A stretch of 64,000 bases of DNA from Candidatus Thorarchaeota archaeon (GTDB taxonomy: Archaea; Asgardarchaeota; Thorarchaeia; Thorarchaeales; Thorarchaeaceae), in assembly GCA_004524445.1 (NCBI GenBank), contig SDNP01000011.1:1-64000 (forward strand), in the 5' to 3' direction. Shown in pieces: positions 46,808 through 55,572 of the stretch. The notes under the pieces are model-generated. The model saw only the letters and a list, made by a program, of their open reading frames with translations, had not been told where the DNA came from and ran no database searches. How positions within the stretch are numbered: position 1 is the first letter of the stretch; each line of letters starts with the position of its first letter. A program made the position numbers and the translations under genes.

Positions 46808-48700
46808 ATGCAGTATATTAGAAGGCTAACTGGATATGCCTTAAGGTATAAACCACTATTTTTCGGATTCCTAGCGTGTGCTGGGATTGGTACCTTATTC
46901 AATATATTGAGCCCACTTGTTCTTGCCAATATCATTGATGTCGTGATTTACCAGGGCCAATATGACCAACTTGCCGCTAATGTCATTCTCTATGTCATAC
47001 TAATGGGACTATATGCGATATTTGATATCGCGGGTCGGTACGGTGCGGCTATCACATCTCAAAAGATCATCTACGACCTGAGGAAAGAGCTATACGACGC
47101 CTTGATGGAAAAGGACCTCTCGTTTTATGATCAGGAGGAAACAGGTCAACTGCTCGCAAGGGTCACAACCGATGTCAATCAAATGAAACGGTTCCTCTTT
47201 TGGGGATATCGGGTGATATTCATAGGGTTTGCCACCATTGTGGGTGTCTACTTTGTCATGTACACACTGAGTGTCAGCTTAACGCTGTTCATGCTATTGC
47301 TTGTTCCGATAATCATCACTTTTGTCTATGTATTTGCACGGAAGGTTAGGCCCGTCTTTATTGCTGCAAGGGACCAATTTGGTGACCTTAGTTCAGTTCT
47401 ATCGGAAAATATTGTAGGAATGAAGGTAGTAAAGAGCTATGCCGCGGGGAATCGTGAAACAGAGAGAGTGAGAGAGGAGAACAAAAAATTCTTGGATTTG
47501 CGCGTGGAAGCATTCAAGCTTTTCGCATTTTATAGACCATTGCTTCCAACCCTCTTTGGTGTGGTCACTGGGATTCTGATTTTCATCGGCGGATACTCAT
47601 TCATTCTGGGAGACCTCTCATATGGCGTCTTTGTTGGCTTTGTGACCTTGGTGGGAATGCTCATGTTGCCTGCTCGGTTCCTCAGTTGGGGGGTTGGAAT
47701 GTATCAGAGAGCCTCAGCAGCAGGTGAGCGCTCGTTCTATATTCTTGACCACAAAGATGAAGTTGTAAGTCCCGAGAACCCAGTCACAAAAGAAATCGAA
47801 GGAAAAATAGAATTCGAGAACGTCTATTTCAGTTACGGTAGAGATACGTACATTCTCAAGGGAATCACAATGAAGGCGAATCCTGGGAATGTGGTGGCAT
47901 TACTAGGAGGCACAGGTTCGGGGAAGACAACTCTCATGAATCTGATTCCAAGGTTCTATGATGCCGACACAGAGAGAAATGTTTCCTATCAGGGTGAAAC
48001 TTACAAGGTGATTGATGGTTTTGTAAAAATAGTGGACAAAGAATACGAAGTAGACAACGGAACAGTCACAATCGAAGGCGAGCAGTTGGAAGTTGTCGAG
48101 CCCGGTAGGCTCTATATCGATGGAGTGGATGTACGTGACTATAATCTAGATGTGCTGAGAGGGAGTATCGGGATGGTCCATCAAGACCCCTTCTTATTCT
48201 CAGCCACAATACGAGAGAATATTGCATTCGCGAAACCCAATGCGCCTCTTGAGGAAGTAATAGATGCGGCCAAGGCCGCCATGATTCATGATTTCATTGA
48301 AACTCTTGACGAAGGGTATGATGCGCCAGTGGGAGAGAGAGGAGTAACTTTGAGTGGAGGGCAAAAACAGCGCATAGCAATTGCGAGAGCTCTCTTGGCG
48401 AATCCAAGGATTTTGATACTGGACGACTCGACTAGCTCTGTCGATGCCAATACTGAGATGAAGATTCAGATGGCTCTAGAGAATCTGATGGTAGGCAGAA
48501 CCACCTTCATCATCACCCATAGATTAAGCACAGTTAGAAATGCAGATCAAATAGTCATGTTAGAGAGGGGCAAAATTGTAGAAAAGGGCAGTCATGAAGA
48601 GCTCATGAAAGAAGAAGGGCTGTATGCAGGAATACATGATACATTGTTTGAGATGGAACTTGCTGCTTCTGCGATAGAAGGAGGTGCATCTGGTGAGTAG
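46808..48700 (+). CDS. ABC exporter (TMD+NBD), subunit of a heterodimer
   Basis: Walker A GGTGSGKT, signature LSGGQKQR and degenerate Walker B ILDDSTS. Insertion after RFYD. Confidence 0.95.
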   Translation: MQYIRRLTGYALRYKPLFFGFLACAGIGTLFNILSPLVLANIIDVVIYQGQYDQLAANVILYVILMGLYAIFDIAGRYGAAITSQKIIYDLRKELYDALMEKDLSFYDQEETGQLLARVTTDVNQMKRFLFWGYRVIFIGFATIVGVYFVMYTLSVSLTLFMLLLVPIIITFVYVFARKVRPVFIAARDQFGDLSSVLSENIVGMKVVKSYAAGNRETERVREENKKFLDLRVEAFKLFAFYRPLLPTLFGVVTGILIFIGGYSFILGDLSYGVFVGFVTLVGMLMLPARFLSWGVGMYQRASAAGERSFYILDHKDEVVSPENPVTKEIEGKIEFENVYFSYGRDTYILKGITMKANPGNVVALLGGTGSGKTTLMNLIPRFYDADTERNVSYQGETYKVIDGFVKIVDKEYEVDNGTVTIEGEQLEVVEPGRLYIDGVDVRDYNLDVLRGSIGMVHQDPFLFSATIRENIAFAKPNAPLEEVIDAAKAAMIHDFIETLDEGYDAPVGERGVTLSGGQKQRIAIARALLANPRILILDDSTSSVDANTEMKIQMALENLMVGRTTFIITHRLSTVRNADQIVMLERGKIVEKGSHEELMKEEGLYAGIHDTLFEMELAASAIEGGASGE

Positions 48701-50507
48701 TGGACTTGATACTCAAGATGATCCGGATGCTAGGACCTACGAATATTCTGATTCAACTCTCCTTAGGAGGATGGTTGGGTACCTGCTTGTATATGGAAAG
48801 GAATTCGCGTTTGTATCGGTACTTGTTGCAATAAGTATCGTTTTTGATATTGCTATCCCCTTCGTCATGAAACAAGCTATCGATGTAGACTTCCCCAGTG
48901 GTGACCTGCAAGCACTTGCAACAACAGCCGGGTTATACGTTGCTTTGCGACTTGGTGTCTGGGCAACTACCTACGGAACAGAATACATCACATCAAGAAT
49001 GGGAGAGAATGCCATTTACGATATTCGGCAAGAGCTCTATGAACACTTACAGAACCTCTCTCAAGACTTCTATGATCAGTCTTCATCAGGACGTGTTATC
49101 AGCCGCTTGACAAATGACATAGAAAAGATGAGCGAACTACTAAATGGTGGACTCATCACTACGTTCGCACAGATATTCATCGTCATAGCAATAGGTGGTG
49201 TCATCTTCTCGGTTGATTTCCAACTGGCATTGGTCTCGCTGGGCGTAGTCCCACTATTGCTAATCTCCACCATATACTTCAGAAAGAAGCTGCGGGAGGC
49301 ATATCGCAGTACGCGAAAGACAATTTCTAGTGTGACTTCGAATTTTGCAGAGAGTATCTCGGGAGCAAAGGTCACCAAGAGCTTTGCAAGAGAGGACACG
49401 AACGTTGAGATCTTTGACGAGGTCAATAAAGCGGATTATGAATCAAATATTGATGCTGGAAAAGCGCAATCCACCTTTTTCCCCACAATTCGGTTTATCG
49501 GCGGCCTCGGAATCATTCTCATCTTATGGTTCGGTGGTTTCAGGCTTATTGAAGGAACCATATCATTGGGAACCGTTGTTCTCTTCCTTCAGTTCAATGA
49601 CAGGTTCTTCAGGCCAATCCTCATCATCTCAAACTTTTACACATCCGTTCAAAGTGCATTTGCCGGTGGAGAACGAGTATTCTCGGTTCTTGATGAAGAA
49701 CCGTCGATTGTAGATAGGGAAGACGCCATTGTGATGCCCCCCGTAAGGGGACATGTGGAATTCAATGATGTGACGTTTGGATATGTAGAAGATAAGCCCG
49801 TTCTCGAAGATTTCAATCTTGAGATAAAACCAGGTGAATCTATTGCTCTGGTGGGAGATACAGGTGCAGGAAAATCAACTGTGGTCAACCTCCTAAATCG
49901 GTTCTATGATGTCTGGGAAGGCACAGTAGAAATAGATGACATGGATATCAGAAACTTCACCCTCGAGTCCTTGAGAGAAAACATTGGACTTGTTCTTCAA
50001 GATCCTTTCCTCTTTATGGGCACCGTCTTGGAAAACATTCGATACGGAAAGCCAGACGCAACAAAGGAAGAAGTAATCAAAGCAACTGAAGCAATCGGAG
50101 CAAAGAGAGTACTAAAGACTCTCAAGAATGGATTCGAAACGGAGGTAGGTGAGAGAGGAGGGATGCTATCGGAGGGAGAACGCCAGCTCGTTAGCTTTGC
50201 GCGTGCGCTGCTTGCAGATCCACGCATCCTCGTTTTAGACGAAGCTACAAGCTCTATTGATGTATATACTGAATATGCGATCCAGAAGGGAATGAAAGCA
50301 CTCCTAGAAGGAAGAACCTCCATCGTGATAGCTCACAGACTGTCGACCATAGTGAATGCAGATCGAATACTTGTGCTTGAAGATGGTAAGATTGTTGAAA
50401 CCGGTACACATGCAGAACTAATCGAGAAGAGAGGTAAGTACTTCTCGCTTTATGAGCTGCAAATCAAACCTCGTGCAATGCAAAAAGCGGCTCAGGCAAA
50501 AACATAG
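48693..50507 (+). CDS. ABC exporter (TMD+NBD), second subunit
   Basis: GDTGAGKS, degenerate signature LSEGERQ and canonical VLDEATS/IAHR. GGAGGTG SD before GTG at 48693. Confidence 0.95.
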   Translation: MSSGLDTQDDPDARTYEYSDSTLLRRMVGYLLVYGKEFAFVSVLVAISIVFDIAIPFVMKQAIDVDFPSGDLQALATTAGLYVALRLGVWATTYGTEYITSRMGENAIYDIRQELYEHLQNLSQDFYDQSSSGRVISRLTNDIEKMSELLNGGLITTFAQIFIVIAIGGVIFSVDFQLALVSLGVVPLLLISTIYFRKKLREAYRSTRKTISSVTSNFAESISGAKVTKSFAREDTNVEIFDEVNKADYESNIDAGKAQSTFFPTIRFIGGLGIILILWFGGFRLIEGTISLGTVVLFLQFNDRFFRPILIISNFYTSVQSAFAGGERVFSVLDEEPSIVDREDAIVMPPVRGHVEFNDVTFGYVEDKPVLEDFNLEIKPGESIALVGDTGAGKSTVVNLLNRFYDVWEGTVEIDDMDIRNFTLESLRENIGLVLQDPFLFMGTVLENIRYGKPDATKEEVIKATEAIGAKRVLKTLKNGFETEVGERGGMLSEGERQLVSFARALLADPRILVLDEATSSIDVYTEYAIQKGMKALLEGRTSIVIAHRLSTIVNADRILVLEDGKIVETGTHAELIEKRGKYFSLYELQIKPRAMQKAAQAKT

Positions 50508-50513
50508 AGAGAG

Positions 50514-50531
50514 CCCCGTGAAATCACGGGG
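50514..50531. terminator. Hairpin between convergent genes
   Basis: CCCCGTG-AAAT-CACGGGG. Confidence 0.6.
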
Positions 50532-50556
50532 AAAGAAATCTCTCTGTTTCGACGCA

Positions 50557-51318
50557 CTACTCGTCATCTTCCCAGTCGAAATCATCCACATCGTCAAAGG
50601 CATGAGGCATCTTTTTCATGGTATGGCGTAATCCCTTCAGACTCTTCAAGTGCTTCAGGTTGCTCATCGCAGATGCTACAGCTTGGGAGATTTGAGGACC
50701 AATATTCGCCAACCCAGGAATTCCTGAAATACCGCCTGGGCCCACTCTCAAGGTCCGTCTGCCCTTCCCGCCAATCTCAACCCCCGAATCAGTGACATGT
50801 ACTAGCTTATCATCTGATAACACAGAAACTAGCTCATCTCTGACAAACACCAACTTGTCAGTTTCCACAACCAGTATGATTTCTTTGTGCTGGTCGGATT
50901 TTCCTAGAAAGACCATTCCCCTTTTCAGAGAGATGTCAGATTTGCCGCCATTGATTGAGAAATGTATTCTTGATTTAGCGTGCTCTAAGAAGCCTTCAGC
51001 AGAATCGTGTCCAGCGATAGGAAAGTCGTTTTGTGATGCCTCCCTAGAGAGGTCTTGGAGACCACCGCTGCCTAGTAGAATTTGAATGCCTGAGAGGGTA
51101 CCAGTGGTTGATTCGCCCATGGCACCATCTTCAGTTTCAATGATTGCATCCACTGCGTAGCTGCTTGCTCCTCCAAACGCTATCCCAACTCTCTTGTCAT
51201 CATCAAGAAGATAACACCAAAGAGAATTTTTCTCCAACAGTACATAGGCCTTCTTATGGTCTAAGACGTTGTAATCCTGATTTGTAACGTATACTTTGCT
51301 GTCAGTTGTTAAGGTCAT
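50557..51318 (-). CDS. Hypothetical beta-rich protein, translationally coupled to a wHTH regulator
   Basis: TAATG overlap with the upstream gene. Acidic C-terminal tail. Confidence 0.7.
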   Translation of the reverse strand: MTLTTDSKVYVTNQDYNVLDHKKAYVLLEKNSLWCYLLDDDKRVGIAFGGASSYAVDAIIETEDGAMGESTTGTLSGIQILLGSGGLQDLSREASQNDFPIAGHDSAEGFLEHAKSRIHFSINGGKSDISLKRGMVFLGKSDQHKEIILVVETDKLVFVRDELVSVLSDDKLVHVTDSGVEIGGKGRRTLRVGPGGISGIPGLANIGPQISQAVASAMSNLKHLKSLKGLRHTMKKMPHAFDDVDDFDWEDDE

Positions 51319-52124
51319 TAGAATTCCTCCTCGTCAGAAAAATCAATTTCTACTTCGCCTTCACGAGTTTCAGAATTTTCTACAGACTCCTCATCATCCT
51401 CAGGCGGAGAGTCTTTGGCTTTTCCATTCTTATTCCGTTCTTGTTCCAAGCGACTCGTCAACCATTGAGCTAGGCGGTATGCCAGACGTCCCTCCACCGT
51501 CACGTAGTAGGTACCGCGGACTTCGCCCTTTATCACATATCCAGCATCCAAGAGCGGATTCAGGTGATGTGTCAGAGAGCTTCCTGTTTTACCGGTATAA
51601 TTCTCCAACTCATTGAAGGTCTTGCTTCCATCTTTGAGAAATTTCAGGATGTTCAGTCGCTCTTCACTACCTAGAGGACTGATCACCTCTGCAACCCTGT
51701 CGGGAGGAATGTTCTCAATATCCTTTCTCCTAGCGCTTCTGCCGCGCCTTCGCATGGATATTTGAGGAAACTTGAAACTGGCATCGATTCCCTCTATGCC
51801 CCGCATAGACGCTTCGATCTGCTCTCCAAGACCCTCCATCATGTGCTCAAGGCTCTCGGTTAACCCCGAAAGATCAACATAAGGATTGGGAGGATGTGGA
51901 GGCCTTGGCGCTTTATGATGTCTTCTTGTCTTCGCTATTCGTTCACGCCGAGTCTTTTGGCTCCGCACTTCATCTATTTCTTCCTTCAAGGTCTCCTTGA
52001 GGCGTCTTACCTCTTCGAGCTCCTTCTTTATTTCGTCAACGCTTGAAGAAGTGGTATTCTCTTGTTGGGATTCAAAATCCTCCGAGCGTGAGCCATTTTC
52101 TTCATCATTATTCCGTCCAAACAT
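51318..52124 (-). CDS. ArsR-type winged-helix regulator with N-terminal coiled coil and disordered termini
   Basis: LGSEERLNILKFL..KTFNEL..TG..GSSLTHHL..L..AGYV..RGTYYVT.EG. Confidence 0.8.
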   Translation of the reverse strand: MFGRNNDEENGSRSEDFESQQENTTSSSVDEIKKELEEVRRLKETLKEEIDEVRSQKTRRERIAKTRRHHKAPRPPHPPNPYVDLSGLTESLEHMMEGLGEQIEASMRGIEGIDASFKFPQISMRRRGRSARRKDIENIPPDRVAEVISPLGSEERLNILKFLKDGSKTFNELENYTGKTGSSLTHHLNPLLDAGYVIKGEVRGTYYVTVEGRLAYRLAQWLTSRLEQERNKNGKAKDSPPEDDEESVENSETREGEVEIDFSDEEEF

Positions 52125-52148
52125 GTGTGTTCACTAACTGTATTAATG

Positions 52149-52169
52149 TACATTTACCATATAAATGTA
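52149..52169. promoter_or_regulatory. 8-5-8 inverted repeat overlapping a TATA-like element upstream of the wHTH gene
   Basis: TACATTTA-CCATA-TAAATGTA. Minus-strand TTTATA at 52160-52165. Confidence 0.55.
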
Positions 52170-52331
52170 TCTTTTTACACCAAACTCCGGAACGCTTCGT
52201 GATGATTTAATGAAAGTACGGTTAGAAATAGAGAAACCTATGTTGTGTCCAGGTGTTTAATCTGCCGAAAATATTCTTAAAAGCAACTGAAAACACTGAA
52301 AGAGCCTCGAATTTTGAGGAGTGTGTAAACA

Positions 52332-52532
52332 CTGGCTAAAAAGAAAAAGAAAGTAGAATATCCAACCTTCATTGTGAAGAGTGCAATAAAGGAATTTGCA
52401 AAAATGAATGATATGATGGTGGGCTCTGACGCTTATGACGCCATCAATGAGAGACTTGGGGAGATGCTCACAGAGGCAGCAAACCGAACAAAGGAGAACG
52501 GAAGAAAGACTCTCAAGGGCTACGACGTATAG
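52332..52532 (+). CDS. Archaeal histone-fold protein with Lys-rich N-terminal tail (not in ORF track); probable CTG start
   Basis: (M)AKKKKKVEYPTFIVKSAIKEFAKMNDMMVGSDAYDAINERLGEMLTEAANRTKENGRKTLKGYDV. RKTL...D histone signature and GAGGAG SD. Confidence 0.9.
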   Translation: MAKKKKKVEYPTFIVKSAIKEFAKMNDMMVGSDAYDAINERLGEMLTEAANRTKENGRKTLKGYDV

Positions 52533-52554
52533 GCCTGCTAAGTACATACTGAAT

Positions 52555-52576
52555 GGCAGCAGGGAAACTTGCTGCC
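52555..52576 (+). terminator. GAAA-tetraloop hairpin 3' of the histone gene
   Basis: GGCAGCAGG-GAAA-CTTGCTGCC, followed a few nt later by T-rich sequence. Confidence 0.55.
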
Positions 52577-52613
52577 GCCACTTTCTAATTCTGTTTAATT
52601 ATCCCCTAGTGAC

Positions 52614-53537
52614 CTACGATTGTTCGATGCCTGCTTTTTTCAGAAGATAGTCAAATACGCTCTTCCATATCTTAGCATCATCGCGGGCCTTATTCTCGAA
52701 ATTGTTGATATTAACGAACCTCTCTAGTGCTCTTTCCGCTTCTTCAGGAAACTCATCCTTACTAATCGACGAAAGGTAGTCCAATTCAACCAGCGCCTCT
52801 TGAATCTTCTTGGACACATGCCCCTCGATATCTAAGAGATCACTTGGGTCTTCTCTACTCAGGAGCGTCATATCGTAGAGGTCAAAGATTCGCTCTAGCT
52901 CGCGAATGGGGTGCGGATGGTCGTCCACTCGAACATCAACATATCTATCATTGCCCCCTTCATAGCCTCCGGCCTCTCTAACCACCAAAATGGCAGCAGA
53001 TTGTTTTCCCCTTCTATCACCGCCGGCAGCTTGCCCCGCTTTAAGAGCTGCGAAGAGTTTGTCAATGAGATCTCCAGACTTGCGCTCATACGCCTTGCTC
53101 ATATCACCAACCACATCTCGGCCGGCGAGAATGTTTCCTTGGCAGCAGTATCCATCACCAATGATGTGTCCAGCCCATTCCATACATTCGGACCCTGTAT
53201 GAACAGCAACGTTGCCTGATGTGTCAACAATTCCGACCTGTCTGTGTTCCGACCCTTGGTCTTGACCCAGCAACAGATTGAGGGTTTCTTGTGCAGACTT
53301 CCCTTCTGACAAATACTGCAACCCATCAGGACCATAAGCTGCATTAGCCCATGCCTGAGTTGCAATGGCGCCGACATTGGCTTTTGCCCATGGTACTATT
53401 GCACCTACAGCAGGGAATTTGGACTGGACAATAATACCTAGGTCTCCATTGTCCGGGTCTCTTGCCACTAGAGAAAACGTAGACGGTCTTGCAGATGCAT
53501 TATGGGGGATTCTTTTGTCCATCATCATAGTCTCCAA
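52614..53537 (-). CDS. DUF1028 (Ntn-hydrolase-like) protein
   Basis: STFSLVARD..LGIIVQS, GAIATQA, RQVGIVD, QGNIL, AGGDRRGKQSAA, DVRVDDH..PI.EL.R. Confidence 0.9.
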   Translation of the reverse strand: METMMMDKRIPHNASARPSTFSLVARDPDNGDLGIIVQSKFPAVGAIVPWAKANVGAIATQAWANAAYGPDGLQYLSEGKSAQETLNLLLGQDQGSEHRQVGIVDTSGNVAVHTGSECMEWAGHIIGDGYCCQGNILAGRDVVGDMSKAYERKSGDLIDKLFAALKAGQAAGGDRRGKQSAAILVVREAGGYEGGNDRYVDVRVDDHPHPIRELERIFDLYDMTLLSREDPSDLLDIEGHVSKKIQEALVELDYLSSISKDEFPEEAERALERFVNINNFENKARDDAKIWKSVFDYLLKKAGIEQS

Positions 53538-53612
53538 ATCACACCAAGCATACTTGCATTAATCAACCTAAAGCTTGGAAATAAATGTGTGGTACAGATG
53601 ATAAGCAGTTCA

Positions 53613-53906
53613 TCACTTCTTCTGCATATGTGAGGAAAAAGACTCGTCTTTGCCGTGACGAGTAAAGATCCTATCCGAGGGAATTGCTTTTCCAGGACCG
53701 AATGCGTACTTGGCGGGTTCGTATTCGCAATCAAGAAGTGACGCCTTCCACATGTCGCGCCTTGCATTAGTTCTGAAAATACGTTGACGTTCTAATTGTT
53801 TTACTTCGATATACGTGCCATATGCAATTACGGCTAAGACAATGACTACAATGCCACCCAGCAAGTACGATATCAACATAGCAATTAACAATAGTTTATT
53901 ATGCAT
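53613..53906 (-). CDS. Small single-TM hypothetical protein
   Basis: Hydrophobic N-terminus followed by a basic soluble tail. Confidence 0.5.
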   Translation of the reverse strand: MHNKLLLIAMLISYLLGGIVVIVLAVIAYGTYIEVKQLERQRIFRTNARRDMWKASLLDCEYEPAKYAFGPGKAIPSDRIFTRHGKDESFSSHMQKK

Positions 53907-54031
53907 ATAATTCTTGCGGGATTGGCGCAAATGCAATCCCAATGAGGGCTTGAATGAGGGAAGTGAAGTAAATACCCCCAAGGGATAGACAGCAAAAAGA
54001 TAATTATCATGAGAAGTGAATCATTTCCATC

Positions 54032-55003
54032 ATGAGGGTATTAGTAACTGGGGCCTTCGGTAATGTCGGTGAGAGTGCGTTACTAGAGTTATTGCCCCGA
54101 GGAATGGATGTAATTGCATTTGATTTGCCGACCAAACAGAACAAAGAGGTCTATGAAGGCATGGAACACAAGTCGAATCTCGACGTCGTTTGGGGAGACA
54201 TAAGAGACCGGGAATTGGTTTCACGGACTATATCGAATGGTTTGGATTGCATAATTCATCTCGCGGCGATAATACCTCCGCAAAGTGAAGCCAATCCCGA
54301 ACTTGCCTATGAGGTGAATATTGGTGGTACTCGAAACCTGTTAGATGGGGTTGCATTCAGCACCTCGAAACCAAAATTCGTCTATGCTAGTTCAATTGCC
54401 ACCTATGGCCATTGTGACGGAACTGGCCCTCCTCGGTCAGCTTCGGACCCGCAGATTGCTACAGACAATTATACGTCTCATAAGATTGAGAGCGAGCGCC
54501 TAGTGAAAGAGAGTGGTTTGCCTTGGACCATTCTTCGGTTTGGGGTTGTGACACCTCTGACACTAGATAGCGATGTCGGCCCCATCATGTTTGACATCCC
54601 ACTTGAGCAACGTATTGAATTCGTCCATACTAGGGATATCGGCCTTGCTGTAGCAAATGCAGTTACTGCAGCATCAGAGGGGAAAATATTGCTCCTTGGA
54701 GGCGGGGAGGACTGCAGAATGCATTACCGTGATTTTGTGGAGGCGCTCTTAGAAGCTATGGGCGTTGGAATGCTACCCGAGTCCGCCTTCAAGCAACCAA
54801 CTTGCCAAGAGGATTATTTCCATACAGATTGGATGGATAGTCGAGAAGCGCAAGAGATTCTACAATACCAGACCAGAAGCTTTGAACAATTTTTGGAGGA
54901 CTATCGAAGATTGCTTGGACACGGCAGGTATCTAGTAAGACTGCTGCGGCCACTGATAAGATGGCGGTTGCTATCACAATCTCCATACCATAAGAAGGAT
55001 TGA
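54032..55003 (+). CDS. NAD-dependent epimerase/dehydratase (extended SDR)
   Basis: VLVTGAFGNVG, GDIRD, IIHLAA, VN..GT.NL, ASS, YTSHK. Confidence 0.9.
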   Translation: MRVLVTGAFGNVGESALLELLPRGMDVIAFDLPTKQNKEVYEGMEHKSNLDVVWGDIRDRELVSRTISNGLDCIIHLAAIIPPQSEANPELAYEVNIGGTRNLLDGVAFSTSKPKFVYASSIATYGHCDGTGPPRSASDPQIATDNYTSHKIESERLVKESGLPWTILRFGVVTPLTLDSDVGPIMFDIPLEQRIEFVHTRDIGLAVANAVTAASEGKILLLGGGEDCRMHYRDFVEALLEAMGVGMLPESAFKQPTCQEDYFHTDWMDSREAQEILQYQTRSFEQFLEDYRRLLGHGRYLVRLLRPLIRWRLLSQSPYHKKD

Positions 55004-55130
55004 ATTTGGACCTTTCACTCTGATGTGAATTCCTGTGCACAATTCTGGCAGATCAGTGTTGGCGCCCCATTCTCTGTGATGTCGTAATGATATCCCGTAC
55101 CACCATGCATGCATGCGATTTGATGATTAT

Positions 55131-55415
55131 TCATCCTAGTTTGAGATACTTCCCATCCATGACACGGGCAACATATTTGCGTCCCTTCAGTACCCACATG
55201 ATCTCATGCCCCTCTCGCGCCTTCTCTGCCCAGTGGGAGTCCTTCTCGGGATTTTGCTCAAGAAACGTATAGCCATCGATAGAGAATTTTCGTAGGTTGC
55301 TTCGTGATGTCCGCTTCATCTCATACACGTCTCCATCTATCTCGACCGATTCGTTATCCTTGAAGATTGCATCGAAAACTACGGGGGCAACTCTCTCAAG
55401 GTCCTCTTTATTCAA
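55131..55415 (-). CDS. Small hypothetical protein
   Basis: GGTGA SD + TTG. Globular-looking sequence (LEQNPEKDSHWA..AR.G..IMW). Confidence 0.7.
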   Translation of the reverse strand: MNKEDLERVAPVVFDAIFKDNESVEIDGDVYEMKRTSRSNLRKFSIDGYTFLEQNPEKDSHWAEKAREGHEIMWVLKGRKYVARVMDGKYLKLG

Positions 55416-55572
55416 GATTAGTCACCGGATATGCAGGGGTTTTCTAAGACATAGGTCTTTTGCAAAATGGATGAACAAAACTGGTCCAGCTCGGGCGACC
55501 CATTTGGGCACTGGATTGGAGTCAGCTATACTGGATGATTCCTCCATTTGACTGATATACTGATAGACCAAA

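Noticed and set aside
47954-48124. Intein or intron in the ABC ATPase insertion
   Set aside because: Too short, no C/S...HN splice motifs, and it is explained by hairpin repeats.
55015-55197. 60-aa minus-strand ORF with CQNC
   Set aside because: It overlaps the end of the real 55131-55415 gene and has no SD. At most a remnant.
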